The notes under the pieces: model-generated
What the model saw: only the letters and a program-made list of their open reading frames with translations
Told to the model about the DNA's origin: nothing
The model's database searches: none
Position numbers and translations under genes: made by a program
Part shown: piece by piece, positions 12,201-27,990 of the stretch
Layout: each line of letters starts with the position of its first letter
Numbering within the stretch: the stretch's first letter is position 1
From: Blasia pusilla
Taxonomy: Eukaryota
Length of the DNA: 64,000 nucleotides
Assembly: GCA_050084515.1 (NCBI GenBank)
Contig: CM114271.1
Coordinates: 40,362,001-40,426,000, forward strand
Direction of reading: 5' to 3'

Positions 12201-15200
12201 GACTTCCTAGCAAAGTCCTAGGGTTCAATGTTTGTGAAGCCAAAGCTGATCTACAATTCCACGTTTCCTACTTAAGTTGTAAATTTTGTTCTTGCTGATT
12301 GAGCTTCTATGTCATCAAACCAGGTATACGCCGATTGTTTGGAGAGGTTGAAGCTGATCAGACGGAGGAGAAGATTTCAAGTTGTTGTACTTTGCTATAT
12401 CATATTATTAAAGGGCCTTCTTCTGGCCTCCATTCTCAGACAGAGTCCTTCCTACAATTGCTGCTTGATCGAGCCATTCTCTCTGGTGTGCACAAAAAGA
12501 AAGGTGGGCAATAAGTCAACTTGGAAAACATATGATGTATGTGTATTAAAATAGTGGTGACATTATGAATGGAGTTGTTCCATCCGATGCTATTTTTGTA
12601 GTCTCCCTGGAAATGATGTAATCAGTATCCCATGGAAAGTCCAGGTAGAACAAGCAAATCTTCTACAGCCTTGCAGGCCCTGAACTTATGGGCACCTTGA
12701 TGAGTATTTACCATAGCAAGTCCAGTCTTTTGCTCTATCTTAGGAAAGACTCTGGTTAGTGCCCCTGTAGTGAATGTGAGCAAGTAATTCAGTGTGCAGC
12801 ATCCTGACATGCTTTTTTCTCGAATGCAGGAAATGAGGGGGTGGCAGTGCAAGTGGTTTCAAAAATGTTTCTCATGTTGTGCGATGATGTTAAGCGGGAC
12901 AAATTGGAGGTCCTCTTTATGTGTCTTGTTGATCACATCTCTCAGGAGTTGGCAGATGATGGGAGACTAAACCTACGTTCAACTGGCAGACAACAAGAGA
13001 GACAGGATTCTTTGCAAGCTTTATCCAATAATGAGCCATCATCCAACAGCGTCTCAGACCCTCAGTGGACATCTGATGCTATGGAACAAGAAACTTTACA
13101 CGTAGTGCAGGAGGAGTTGCCATATGCTGGTTGTGGTCCAGGCCTTCCACTTCCAGCTTCAAAGATAAACATCAAAGAAACAGTCACTGATCCTTCAAAA
13201 TTTGATCCCTCCTCACTGATACATGAAATGCATCTCCTTCACCTTCTCACTCTCCTAAATGATGTTCTTGGGTATCGAAAAGGAAGTCGTGTAAATGGTT
13301 AGTGTCCTTTCCACATTATCTATAGTGTTTTCTGCTCTTGGAACATTCCAAATACTAATCCCTAGCTGATTTTAGCGCTAATTTTTTATGGGCTGTAATC
13401 TACTTGCCTTTCTCCCTAACTTGTCAATTAAGAATTATCTAGTGTCTTGTTGATTGGAATACTTAGTTGTTATGGTTTCCAGTACGTTGTGGTCCTTCAA
13501 CTGCCTGCCTCTGGATGCTTTAGTTGGTCTGTTGGCCACAATGAAGTATGATGGTCATAATGGAGTCATATATTGCACTATTTTTCCCACTAATGATATG
13601 GGTGATGTGTTGTAAATGCAGATTACAAACCTTTATTTGCTCTTGTCCCAAAACTCCTCATGTTGGATGTTCTTTCTCGAGAACAGTTGGTACCACTGTG
13701 TCCCTTTGCAGGTCCGGTAGCACCTTCTAGATTATTCGAAGATTTATCTTCAAGGTTATGCTCAGAGGTTCTGAGATTTCTGCTTGCACTTGTGAAAAGC
13801 CATTCACAAGTGGCAGGTGCAAGCACTGGTCCTGGTTTGATAGCGAAAGTTGCCCCTTCATGGGCTGCAGCTTTTGAATGTAAAAACATCAACTGGTATG
13901 TCATCAACCAACCATGTCCAATGTATATATACTTGGCTTAATTTACTCTGAAAAAGAGATACTAAAAAGGCTTTTGAAGGTCAGGAAGCTTGAGTAAATA
14001 TCGTGTTTCTCGTTCTTGCAAATGTCTCCCAGATAAGGTCTAAAGCAAATTTAGGAGATTTACGTTTAAAAAACTCTATGTTTCATTGATGCAGCTTGAT
14101 AACCTTTTTAAGAGGTCTCATTGAGCAGGATGCTGTGCTGGTTCAGACTTTTGCCCCTATTATTCTAAGGTTAGTTACTTCAAAGTGCTTGGTTGCATGT
14201 GATTGTGGTACATTTAGATTGATCTTATTTTGCACAATTTAGTCCCCCTTATCTCAGTCATGGAGCTATCATATTTCGACTCGTTACTTTCAAGAACAGC
14301 TTTTTCCACTAAGCAGTTATCATGCTCATAAAGTTCTGTGTTTGAAATGGTGAGCTCCACTGACTTGCACTAACTTTATGAAAGCTCCTTAGTGCTGTCA
14401 GTGTGTCGTCCGTATAATAACTGCTCAAGACTTGGAATCTTCAGGAGTTTGGATCGGCTCATTGAGGAGTACCCAGCAGATGTACTTCCTTCACTGCTGG
14501 ACTTAAGTCACAAGCTGGATTTAACATCACTCTGTCAGGATACTCAAAAACTTAAGAGATATGTTGTTTGTCTCGTTCAAGAGGCAATAAAAAGACTGAA
14601 GTCTACTTCCTCAGAGCAAAAAATTCCTGAGGTTGGTGATTACATTCAAACGGTAGCAGTGGAACCAGCAATGGTATGGGTGGCACTACAATGCCTTCCT
14701 CGAATTCTTGGAATGGGTGAAGACCTTGGGTCACTCTCCTGGGAGTATGTGGTTGCAGTTGAAGATTTGCTTTCATCAGAAGAAGGTATGTCCAGTTCTA
14801 GGAAACCTACTGCAGGTTGTGTACCAGCTTAAGCTTTAGCAACGAAATGATACACTTTCCTTTCGTCACAAAAAGTAACCTGAGACAACCTAATGTAAGT
14901 GTTCGTCCTAAGCAGTTTCATAGATTATTGTCCTCAATAACCCCTGAATCTCGTTCCAGGAGTTGTGGAAGCTTTGTCTTCCATATCTGCTTGCATTTGC
15001 CTGTCTGCTTCAAGTGGCTACTTAGTTTATGTTTTAGTCTAGAAGAAAGGATATATTTTGGACCCAATACAAAATACAAAATATACCATAAGTTCTTGTT
15101 TTGTCTCCTCTTTCATCTCTTGTTGTATCCCATACCTTCCTGCTCAATTTTTTCTCCTGTTTATCTGTCGGTCTGCAACTCTCCATGGGTAATTACATTC

Positions 15201-18200
15201 ATCTATCTTCCCAGTTCTTTTTTAAATAGCATTCAAGACAGCTGTCGGGAGCATGGGCTACCTAAAGGAGAACTCATGACACTATCTTGCAATTGTTCAG
15301 ATCTTGAATCCAGTGAAGAATCTGGAAGTGGTGCCAAAGTCTGGGAGGTTCTACTGGCAACCGCTCTCTCTTCTCATGTGCAACTACTTGTTCAAGGCAA
15401 TTCCCAGATAGTGGAGGAATACACTGAAAAGTATCTGGATCTGGCTACAAAGCATAAGGATTCCTCACATGTATTGAAGGTTGTTGGGGACCTGTTGGAA
15501 AACAGGTATATCTGTAAAAACATTTCGTTTTGATTGCTTGTGAATATTTTCTCAGTAGCTGACCCGCTTACTATCTATTTGGGTATGTTTGTTACAAGAC
15601 CCTGTGTTCATTGTGTAGCTACCAAGCTGTTGAACCAGGAGAGGATTATGATCTGCATTTCACAGTATCTGTGATAGGATGGTCATGTTAAGTTTTGTAA
15701 TAAGTGATGAGCTCAATGCAGGAAGGTAGCAGCAGAGGACAATAGAACCAACTTTCTGCAGCTTCTCCAAGTGTTCGGTTCAAATTTGTGCTCACCAGAG
15801 AAAAAATTGAGAGTTGAAACTTTGCGAATTCTAGCAAATCAAGAGCCCGTGGGTATATCAGGGCAGGATGAAGATCAGGCCCCACGTAAACGACGAAAGG
15901 GCCCTGACGGACTTTGGAATGAGGGAGGGCAAGCAGATTGCCAAGTATGTAATATTCATAATTTAACACCTGGGAGCTCACTTGACTATTTACGAAAATG
16001 AACACAGCTAGCTTAGTCAAAAATAATTCTGGTCGTGGAACGTTTGAAAACTCTCCAATAAATCAATATTTGGCAAGCCTTCACATTGCATTGTAGTTTG
16101 ATGTGGTCTGTCTGTGTGGAGGCATGAGGAACTTCCTGTCTCCTGAAACTTGCCTCATATCACAGCAACAAGTTCTGGATTTAGATCCACAAGTGAAACT
16201 CTCATTGTTATGCATGACAAGCACTTGGAATAATGTGTCTTTATGTACGGTGTTTCCAGGTCTTCCGACGACTCCTAGCGGTAGAATCTGTTCCTCTTTC
16301 AGTTGAAAACTGCCGAAAAAGTACCATTTTAATCACTGCAATCAAAGCCGAGGCATGCACAGGGAAGATTCGGGATGCCTATGTTGTCCCACTTGTGAAT
16401 GGCCTCATTGGTATTCTTCATAATCGGTTTTCCCTCTTATGGGATTCAGTCATAGAAAGCTTAGCTGGGATACTGGAAAGTTACGGTAATGTTGTCTGGG
16501 AAATTCTCTTCCCTCACTTGGAGGCAACCCAAAACATATTCTTGAATGATATCGGCTGTAACGAAAGAGGAGATGTGACTGACGATCCAGAAGTGGCTCC
16601 TATGGGTAAGTTCTTGGCTCTATTTATAGGTCACTTGTTTTCTGGAGCTTGATATAGCTTGTAAGACCTGGAAGAGTAAGGAAGGAGGAAAATTCTCTAT
16701 GGTCTTGCAGGTAGTTTCTGACTGTTCACCAACTATTGCAGTTTTTTGTTCCTCACTGAGTGCCAAAGAAAATTTTATCTAGGTAAAGTTGGGGCACTTC
16801 TGATCGCGGGGATTGGCTGTTATGGTGTAGATTTGTGGAATCGATTTGATTCCTGTATGGCTGGTGATATCAAAGGCACACAAACGGGAACTTTGCTTAC
16901 ATTGCATCTTAAAACTATTCAAAAAGTCCCCAAGTTTGCAGAAGCACGGTCTCGCCAGTTGATTCCAATTTTTCTCAGTTTTGTGGGGCATTCCCATTCA
17001 GAGGAAGAAAGGTGAACAACTATTTCATGCTAGTCAGTGTCAATCTGTGTGATAAGTGATTTGCACTCTGATATGTCATATGGTCTATCTATTTGTGCAT
17101 AACCTTTGATTAAGCTATGGTATGATTTTGTCTGCACTCATGCTTTTAGTAGACCAACTTCTGTGGAAGTGTACTCGAGTTGTGTAATCTCTCTGGGTTT
17201 GGCCAGATTAGTGTGATTGATCGATACTGATTTTAAAAAAAAACTTACCAGACAACAACCAAAGGTTGGCGGTGGGAAGGATTGGAAAGCAGTACTGAGG
17301 GAGTGGTTGAACCTATTGAAGGAAATGAAAAATGCCAGGGCACTTTTCTGTGGACCAGTTGTCAAAGGAATTCTGCTAAATAGGTGTGTTCCTATGGTCT
17401 CACCTCTGGCTGTGAAAGTAATTCTTTGGAGTCTTGGCTTCCTTACCTTATGTAGGCTCCTTCAATGTCACGAAGTATTAACAGGACCAAGAGGGAATAA
17501 TATCATCACTTGGTGGCCCCAACATTTTCCTGTCAGGCGCTTTCATGAAGATTCTCACGCGGTTGCACATGAAGATCTGTTTTAGTTTAGTCTAGTGTCT
17601 TGCTTCTAATTGTTGCAAATTAGCCCAAACTTGTTGGTTCAGTTGGATGTATAGCTGAATGGTAATGGAAAGGTGTTTAATATGTTGGTTTCTGATATTG
17701 GTTCTGAGAACTAGACTTTTATGCTTTGAAATTCTCAGAAAAGAAGTGATGGATGTGGTTTGGGTTTGCAGATTTTTAGGGGATAGTGAGCCATCGATTC
17801 AAGAAGCTACTCTTGATTGCTTACTCAATTGGAAAGATAAGTACCTCACAACATATGAGGAACATCTGAAAAATCTTGTGTCTAGCAAGATGTTGCGAGA
17901 AGAGCTGACAACATGGAATGTGAATAGAGAAAGTCAAGAGATCCAGCCTGACGATAGGCAGCAGCTGCTAACCGTTGTTCTTACGATTCTATATCCAAAG
18001 ATCATGAAGCGAACAGTGAAGTCTTTGGGAAAGGTACCTCACACCTTTACTAGTCGGACTATCACTGTCCTTCTCAGCAACTATGTCAAGACAGTGGTTT
18101 TTTTAAAATTTGTCGATCACAATCAATAGATTAGTTGCATCATATTAATCGAGGAATGGTATGATTGTAATGGGGATGTTAGGCTCAGCAACTTCCGAAC

Positions 18201-21200
18201 CTAAATCTTTGTTTGGCAAAGATTTTCTGCGACCTAGCTTGATATGAATTCTGGTAGTTCCTGATTTTTTCTGATGTGTACCAAATTGCAGTCAGGCACG
18301 GGAATTCAGAGGAATGCAGTGCTCTCATTTTTGGCTCGTCTTGAACCTACAGAGCTTGCCCCTTTGTTCTGTCAGCTTTTGAAGCCTCTCCAAATTGCCT
18401 TTACTGAGAACAACCTGACTTCAAAAGCTTCAAATGCTGCTTGGATATCCATGATCGAGGAAGGAGCAAGTTCTCAATTCATTGAACTGGTGAATCCTGT
18501 TGCAGTAACTTCTTTGCCATATAAAAGGAAGATGGGATTTGTACACATGGTATTGGCTTCCCTCGATATATTCAACAACAGCCAATTGAGCCCATACATA
18601 CACCCTCTCCTTGCAATTGTATTGCGCCTCTTAGAAACTTCTGCTGTTGATTTAAATGCTGAGAGTGTTGCTTCACTTCATACTACAGATTGGGATTCAA
18701 AGGGACGACAGCTTCCTGAAAATGTAGGAGAGACAATCTCTTCGGTGATCAGTGAAGTCTCAGAACCTCTAAATTCTAGACTTGTTGGACCTGATAGACC
18801 ATTAGTCAACCATTACCAAAACGGTGGCTCCAATTTGGAATCTATGGCAGAAGTAGGTGGTGAGGAGGAACTCTCAAAAGGAGATGAAAATGTACCACAT
18901 GAGATCCAGACAGAGAACTGTGTTGGTGGGCAAGATGATGAAGTAGCGGTTCATCAAGAAGCTTCTGGGGATGCTGAGTTTGAAGCTAATGGAAATGGCA
19001 CAATCAGGGAAGCAAACAACAAGCAAGAGGACAAACTTTCAGATGATGTTGAGGGAACTGCCTCAAAGCACAGGAATGGTGCTAGAGAAATAAAAACTTT
19101 GTGTTTGCGGGTCATTGCAACAGTTATCAGAAAGTTTGACAACGTGGTCTTCAGTCCTACTTATTGGGATATCTTTTTCAGGTCCATTAGGCAATCCGTG
19201 ACTCGATTTGTTGACGAAAACAGGTCTAGTAGCAGCCCAGGTGCTCTCATGCAATGTTTTGTAGTTATGAGCCAGAGAGTCGAGCTTGCTCCTCTACTTA
19301 CTAGAAATCCAGAGCTGGTTCCTAACATTCTGTCAATACTATCTGTGAAAGGCGCATCTCCAGCAGTAGTCTCAGCTGTTCTTACCTTTGTGGAGAACAT
19401 TCTAGATCTTGTAAGTGAAACTGAGAGTGATGAAGATGGAAGAGTGGGAGCTGTTAGGGACGTCCTCACTTCCCAACTATCTGTTCTTCTTTCAAGCTTT
19501 CGAGACTGTCTTTCGTTCCATCGAGAAACTGCAAGGTAAGGTGGAAGGCTGAACTTTTTGGTCTATTGTTGTTTGGTCCGTGTTCTTTCATTTTTAAGTG
19601 GAAAAAGGTGGATTACAGCATAATGCCTTTTCCATTCAGAGATAATAGGGGGTCTCAATATAGGGTTATGGTCTTAGGCCTACATAGTCCTCTTTCCAAT
19701 TGAAAAATCTTCGTTTTAAATGACATACTTTTGGAAAAACAAAAAATAATCTGTGCCATGTTGCAGCCTTTTACGAGAGCATGATGTCCTGACATAGGAG
19801 GGACTTATTAAGATGCCCTAATGTTATCTGAAAAGCACTGCATCAGGCTGGCAGAATTCAATTGTGTCATGCTTGTGTATGGCAATTGTGAGAACCAGGT
19901 TTGTTGCTTTTAGCAGCCACTGGGGTTCTGTAACACTCTTAACAGAGAACATTAGACTTGTTCTAAGAAACGAGTCTATTTGAATGTAGATATTAATAAA
20001 AGAGATGATCAAGTCAGATTTCTGCTTGAATCTTGTAGCCTTCTTGGCAAAGAAGGGATGTTCCTGGTTCTGTAAGGCAGATTTTGGAGGATCCTTTCCT
20101 TGGGTTATTAATACTCTCACAATAATACAGTGTACAGGTGCAAGGTCTGGTCTGACATCATTAATCTTGTGTTTCATGTCAGTGAAAAGCGATCTCTGAA
20201 GCGTGAGCTAAAGATACTTACTCGACTCAGCAGATATGTTGTGGATTCCACAGTGGCAGCAAAGCTGCTTGATGTGCTACTTCCAATGCTGAAAGTGAAA
20301 AAAAGAACAGAGCAAGGTGAGTTATGTTATTCAGAGTTGCAGTTGGATCTTGAATTTAAATTATATAGATGCTAACTGTGAATACACTGAAGTTCAACCC
20401 ACGTACAAAGTGGCACTTACATTCTCCATTTTAAGCATGATGATTTCAATCTTGATTACCTGAAGCGAAAATGGTGATTAGCTCATGATAAACCCCGTCG
20501 GAGGTAGGTATAGCTAGCTCAAAAATGTCATCAATGGATCAGAGAAACACATGCTAGCCGGCTATCTACAGTCAGGGTCATCTCCTTTTATGTAAATCGA
20601 ATTCAATTTTCAAACTTGTACTAGAGGTTGTGAATGTTGAGAAGGTAGACCAGCAGAAGTATCTTCTTGTACAAATCAGAACTATCATTAGCTAATCCAT
20701 CCATGATTTCATCAGCATGTACACAAGTCAGATCCTCAGATGTCTCCAGCTCAAAGGTCACACATGGCTCTCATCACTAAGCACAAACAACCTTCATCAG
20801 CTATCTGGACAAAACTGCCTGCCTTCCTGTGAGGCTCTAGCAAACAAAGACTCAGTGTCAGTCTCCTCTTCCTTTCTCTCAGATCACTATGCTGCAGGGC
20901 CAGTGCTGCATGGCACACGAAGAGCCTGAGGAGTCATCACCCAACGCTGTGCATACTGTAGAATTAGCTTCTTACTCTAATCGGGCATTTCTGATGCTTA
21001 GATCTTCTTGAACAGATCCAGACCCTAAGTACATGATGGTGGCTAACCCTAATTCAAGATTTCCCTAAAAAGATATCAGAGCTCTACTTTGTGTCCAGTT
21101 AACTAAGTTAGTATCCAACTAACTAGTGTGAGGGCATGACTAAACTAGATACTAACCGTTTTCAACAGTGAATTTCTGAGACTTGAAGAGTAATGTGATG

Positions 21201-24200
21201 ATGCTATGCAGAGCTATGTTTGGAGGTGCTCCGCCTTATTCAAGGAATTGGACCAATTTTGGAAATCAGCAGTGCGATGAAGTGCTTGCCAGTCTTGGCT
21301 CCTCTACTGGTTTCTGTGTCCCTTCAAGATGTACGAATAGCTGTGTCTCAGACATTCCTTGCACTGGCAAAAGTTGATAATTCCTTACTCTCTGTGGTAA
21401 GATAACAGCAATCAACTAGCAGCTACATTTTGAGGCAAATGCTATTGTGGAATGGGAATGGTCTTACACACTTTGGGTGTTGAAATGGACGTCATTCAAA
21501 GAACCAGCTTTGTGATGTCTGCCCATCTAGTATCGAGATCCAGTACCTACTTCATTGCCAAGTGTTCAAGATCCACTACTATGACAATCATACATCACAA
21601 TTGTTTGTGACAGGAGTGGGAGTTCAGTGAATAAGATGCTGTTAAAAGCTGACTAAAAGAGTGTTGTACAATACTTTTGTAGTTGAAAATGGTTTTGTGA
21701 TTTGCTGTTTCCCAATTCATTTGTGTTAAAGGAAGTTAATTCTGACATGTTAATTTCAACTTTGGCAGGCAGAACTTTTGACTGACCTGAACTCAATGTC
21801 AGCATCTGCTATTGATGAGTATGACTATGGAAGGAGGCTTCTTGCATATGATTGCATGACAGTATCATTCTTTGCACATCTTACTCGCATCCAAGCCCTA
21901 CTTGTCCTCTCACAAGTGATACATGACATGGGTTCGGAAGATATGTCGATCAGACATAGAGCCTCAGATGCCCTGCAGGGGTTCGTCAAGTTTGCTGCCA
22001 CTCTCACACAAGATTTAAAGGGGAGTTCAACTGAAATACATGAAGCAAATATAATTGGAGGACCTTCTCAAGCAGAGGATATCATGATTGCAGACACTCC
22101 TCTAGATGATCAACTATGTTCAAAATTGGTGGTGAAGTCATTGCGCTCTTTGGTGCCGACCTTCATACTGACTCATGTCAGAAATGGGATGAGCTCCGAT
22201 GTCCTTGTTGTGCGGAGGGTATGACTCATGCGTGACCTGCAACAGGCTGAACGCAAACATCCTGCATGTGTTTTAATCTATTCTCATTCAAAAGCATTTT
22301 CTCAACTCATGTGACAGTACTGCGAAAGCATCTAGGAATTCTGGAATAGTGAAGTATTTAGATGTATTTAACACCATGAGGACTTCCAGTCTCTTTGTAG
22401 TTTTCTCTGACTTTTTCTATGTCTCAGGAATGGAGTACTCTTCTTCGAGAGATGGTTCTGAACTTCCCTGAGTCTCCTGCATTAAAGGAGTTCAAGGAAC
22501 TTGTTAACAGTGACCCAGAAGCAGATTTCTTCCACAATATTGTTCATCTCCAGGTAATAACTTTGGTGCTTGGTTGGCGATCTCTAGTACAATTTCTGCT
22601 CTCGCATTTGAACTTGGAGATAGAGATACCTTTCTACTTGATCATAGTATGGTTTGTATAGGTCATCAAGGATAACATGACAACTTCTCACCTGCAATAT
22701 TTTGTATTTTTTACCTCACTCCCATCATCCACCCGACCCCCTAGAGCAGGTGTTTTTCCATCCCTTTCTAAGAGCGGGTAATGCATTGTAATGTATACAA
22801 GGTTGAAATTTTCAAAATCTTCTGTTGTGTCAAGAATCTAACTTCAGGAATGCAAAACGTCAGGTTCATCGAAGAATAAAAGCAATGGCAAAGTTTAAGG
22901 TCCTTTGCAGTGGTTCGCATTTCTCACAGGTATGAAAGGAACTCCCAAAAGCAAGGAATCATTCTTAATCTGATCTGGATGTAGGATGTAAAACGTTCAA
23001 AGGTTTGGAAAGGCTTCACAAATTGCAGAGATGGGTTAGTTCTGATTCTAACTGACGTGTTAATGCCATCGAAATTGAATCATTGTATCCCTTTCAAGTT
23101 TGAAGCAGAAAATGGTGGTTATCAAGAGAGTTTAGCAATGATTATCATGAGCTGACAGCGGGTGCTTTTACATTGTTTTGGCAGGGTGCACTTTCTAGAA
23201 TATTTGTACCCCTGTTCATGAACTCATTACTAGAGGGACGGGGAGATAAGGAGGGTAATCTGATTTCAGTGGCAGTTGAGACTTTAGCAGGCATTGCAGC
23301 GCAATTACCTTGGGAACCATATTTTGCACTGCTAATGCGTTTTTTCCGCTTGATTGGGACAAAGCCTGAACATCAGAAGGTGTTTGTGAGGGTAGTATGT
23401 GGCATCCTGGATGCTTTTCACTTTTTTCTTCCAACAGTGGGAGAAAATGATACCAAGAGCGACACATTGAATGTGCAATCCTCAGAGCAAATTCCAAGTA
23501 CTGAAAGTATTTCAGTTTCTGCCAATGGTATCAAGGAGCAACCTAGTGGTCAAAGTTTGATCACTCAATTACCAGCTGGCATATTGAGACCCTTGCGAGA
23601 ACGGGTTCTCCCAGAAGTGAGGCGCTTGATGGTTCTCAAGGGGGATATTGTGAGCACCCCAGTTGCCCTTACTCAAGTCAAGATTCTAAAGTTGATGCCT
23701 GAGGACATCATAGAGATTGAACTCCCACAAGTGATTCGAACTATAATAAATCTACTGAAAATTCGCAGTCAAGCTATAAGAGATGAAGCACGAGCTGCAC
23801 TGGTAGCCATTGCCGAAACATTAGGGCCCCACTACATGCGGTTTATTGTAGAGATCCTACGGTCATCTCTTAGCAGGGGTTTTGAGATGCATGTTCTCGG
23901 CTACACTTTGAATTCCATTTTGGTAAAGGTGGTACCAAAGTTGAATGCAGGGGAGATTGATTACTGTCTAAATGACCTTTTGGAGGTTCTGGAGAATGAT
24001 ATAATGGGTGAAGTGGCCGAAGAGAAGAATGTGGAAGCTATTGCTGTGAAGATGAAGGAGACCAAACATATGCGTTCCTTCGAGAGTCTGAAGCTCCTGG
24101 CAGAAGTTGTGAACTTTCGAACTCATGCAACAGCTTTACTTGGTCCAGTGCATCGAAATCTTCATAAGTCACTGGCTCCTAAAGTGAAGCCGAAGCTGGA

Positions 24201-27200
24201 GAGTATGCTTAACCACATAGCTCTTGGTTTACAACACAATAAGTCAGTTACTCAAAGTGACCTTCTTGTCATAGTCCATGCAATCATAGAGGACGGTTTG
24301 AAGGAGGAGCAGGCAGTTGCAGTTGCAGCTGCAGCGAAGAAACAAGCTAAAATGGATGGACATCCTAGCTCCAGGTTTTCCTCATTTGAGTCAACTCAAC
24401 CTGCCAAGGCTCCCACGCCTAATTTCTATATGATTACAGAATTTGCATTGCAACTACTGAACAATCACTTTAAGCGGGTGAAAGTCAATTATCGTGATGG
24501 ACACACATTAGCAATGCTCAATCCTCTGGTCATCTTGTTGCAAGAGTGCTTGAACTCAAAATATGATGGGGTTCTGGCTTCAGCTTTGAAGAGTTTGAGC
24601 TTTCTCCTATTACTCCCTTTGCCAGCAATTGATGAGCATGGCACAGAAATTACGACACTTGTATTTTCTATCTGCAACAGATTCTCAAAAGCAGAGAGTC
24701 CCTTGCTGCAGGCATGTCTGAATGTCCTCATCATACTGATTCGACATTGTAAAACTCTCCGGTTGTCGGAGGAGCAGTTGCGAGCATTACTCCAGCTTCC
24801 TATCTTTGTAGACATGGAAGGTGGTTCTCGCATGGCCCTCGGCTTGCTCAAGGCTATTGTTAGTCGGAAGCTTTTGGTTCCAGAACTTTATGACATGATG
24901 ACCAGGGTGTCAGAATTGATGGTGACTAGCAATCTTGGGCCTGTGCGACAGCTTTGCAGTCAAATACTATTACAGTTTCTTTTAGACTATCCTTTAGGAC
25001 AAAAGCGACTACAACAACATCTTGACTTCTTCATCACAAATGTTGGGTATGTTCCCTTTTCACAGGGCCTTTTAGAACTCCTGGGGGCAGTGATTTGCAG
25101 AATGGTCAGTGTGATTGGGTAGTTCCTTGTGAGGAGGCACAAAGTTTTGGATCTTTCCCAAGAAGTTCCAAAACAAAGAAGCAGCGGGTGAAGAATTTTT
25201 CTATGCAGTGATTTGCTTAGTATCTACAACCTAGGTTCTGCACAAATGACGACTAAATTGTGTTTTTCAATGCCATTTGCAGCTATGCCCAGACAAGTGG
25301 AAGGGAAGCAGCCCTTGAGATGCTTCACGCCATTATTTTGAAATTCCCGGATGTAGTAGTTGAAGAGCAAGCGGATACTTTGTTTTTCCCTCTGGTGACA
25401 AGGCTGGTGAACGAGGAATCTAATCAAGTTCGATCTATGATTGGAACAATTCTCAAAGTCTTGATGGGCCGTGTTGGACCCCAGCCATTAGAGCGAATCC
25501 TGGACTTCGCACTTTCTTGGTATAAAGGTGCTGATCAGCGTCTCTGGCGTCCTGCTGCTCAGGTGAATATATTCTTGTCGAGATTTACTGCCCTGAGGTC
25601 CCGGACAGAGTTTGAACACCAGATAAATTTTAAAGTTTGAGTAGGCCATAGTTTTTGCCGTTGAGTGCATGTCTTACTTGAAGGTATGAGGTATTCTACT
25701 TGCCAGGATCTTGAAACACCAGGGGACTTCTTATTCAGGATTTCGATCTTTAATTCATTTTTCTGACTTCCGGTGGAACATCTGAAATCAGGTTATTGGA
25801 TTCTCCATCGAGGTGATGGGCGGTAGGTTTGACAGATATTTAGAGGAGGTGTTGCCCCAATGTGTAAAGATCTTGCATCTGGCAATGTCTTCTCTGGACA
25901 TGAATGAGACCGAAGTGGATGAGACTGGAAAGGCAGTGTACTGGAAGGAAGCTTACTTCTCCTTAACAACGATGGAAAAGCTCTTACACCAACTACCAAA
26001 TATGACCTTGCGATCAGAATTTAAGGTTTCCTTCCCTCTTTTAACCATGCACTTTGCGGGGAAGGTCTGCCCTCCAATGTACTGGGACTGATAATCTCTG
26101 CATCTTAGAAATGGTTCTCATAATGGTAGAAGCCGCAAATAGCTTTCCTTCACAGAAGCGGAGTCCCACCCAGCAGTTAAGGTTGTATGGAGATGAGGCT
26201 GGAGATTGGTGCAGAATTTCATTGTGATTCAATTCTTCCAAATGTCTTCTGTATTGTTCGTCATTTCTTCCATTTTGCTGTTGTACTCTGGTGTGTCTGA
26301 ATAATCTACTTCAGGATTAGAACCAATATGAGAGGGTATGCGTTTTAGTGTGGGTCATCTGCATGACGGATAGATAATTGGTTTGCTGAAGCGTCGACCT
26401 AATGGACTTGGTTTTTTTTGTATCAACAGGAGTTCTGGAAGCTGGTGTGTTTACTTCTTTTGCATCAACACCTCTGGATCCGAAAGGTCTGTGGCCGTTT
26501 GTTGGAAATCTATTTCGCAAACTGTGAGGTCAACAGCCAAAATCTGAAAGCTGCTGCGCTATATCAGGGTGATGTGTTACTGTTCCATCCAAGTTGGGTA
26601 CTCCTGCTGGTTGGATCATTCTGCCAGCAGCTCGACTCTGGTGCCATCGATGATGCGATGGGAGACCAGTTAGTGAGGGTTCTCTTGACCATGAGTACTC
26701 TACTGCCTTCGTTACCACGAGGTCGTACAACTGGAGCTGATAGGAGCCTATCCTTTCTGGGATGTGATGGTGAAGATGATCGAGAAAGAATTTCAAGGGC
26801 ATTGACTTTGCTAGGATGGGATGCGAGAGATGTGAGAACTGCCACCGGGGAGAATGAGGATTTATTTGAGGGATCGGACGACAAAGGCTATGCCGAGGAG
26901 TCGGAGAGCCTCGAGGATGAATCAGTACACTGCAAAGCACTCTCTCTTGTTTTCCGAAAACTCCAAAAAATTGCAGTTCGCGTGCATCCTATGCAGGTCA
27001 GTCCTTTCTTGAGACTACTCATCACCTCATCTGCAGATACAAATGTCGAAGCAGCCCGAGTTCTCCCTAGAAACTGCCTCAACAGTTCATCTTGCACCCT
27101 TTGACAATGTGCTCATTCATGTCCGTAACTCTATGCCGTTGTTCTAAGGTCCAGAAAAAAGAGGAAGGATCGCTTCTGAAATGCAGACCGCATCTGCAGA

Positions 27201-27768
27201 AAGAACGGAGTCCCTAAATGACAGCCTTGTCTTGGTCATTGATGTTGCAGACGAAGGTGATATTTCGCTGGTTTATAGCCATGGCATCTACACTGAGTGC
27301 GAAGGACGTGGAGCACTACCTACCGTCTATGCTGACACCTCTTTTCAAAATAACGGAGGGATCTGCCTCAAAAGTGGTTCCTGGTAAGGTCCTCTGCTCT
27401 CTTATTTCCCAAGCTTTAGTGAAGGTGCGCAGCATGTGTCAAGCACGCGGAGTGTGAGTCTCATGTTGGTGTTGCGGCGGTTGAATTAACCATCAGTGGG
27501 CCCAATTCTCGCAGAGGATCTGAAGAGCGTGGGAGACGAAGCTTTGAATCGCTTGAGAGAAGCGGTAGGAGCGGTGAAGTTCGTCAACACGTACAATTCC
27601 GTAAGAGAGAGGTTGAAAGAGAAGAGAGACAAGCGGAAATCTGCACAGAAAATAAGTGTCCTGGTAGATCCCGAGCGCAACGCCAAGAGGAAGATCAAAT
27701 TGACGGTGAAACGACAAGCTCAGAAGAAACGGAAAATCATTCAAGGGAAGAGGCTGATGGGACTGTAA
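9268..27768 (+). CDS. UTP20: SSU processome component UTP20 (DRIM), large HEAT/ARM protein, roughly 30 exons
   Basis: Exon 1 MAPQRALKVLNKGPGAKRFV (9268-9327) splices to FKTFAQRVEDVDVDVFRSL...EPTSGSSFFHENLVRWR, then ELNCAADF, the UTP20 N-terminal signature. Later exons encode LDCLLNWKD, DEYDYGRRL, DPEADFFHNIVHLQ, GFEMHVLGYTL, LQFLLDYPLG and the basic tail DPERNAKRKIK. Stop TAA ends at 27768. GT-AG boundaries were in phase where checked. Confidence 0.93.
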
Positions 27769-27990
27769 TTCTCCTACCCGTCCCATCGCTGTAAAATAGA
27801 CATGCCTCAGGTTTTCAAAATTGTCAATAAAGATCGACGGGGAGTGCGGTGACTGCCTCTATGGCAGCCACGGGGTGACAGTTCATCTGGAGACGCCAAA
27901 TTTTCCTCCCCGCCTAATGGTACACAGAACGCATCGTGGAATCCATCTCATGTTTGTGCGGGAATTTCCATCTTGAGCGCGAGGGTTTTC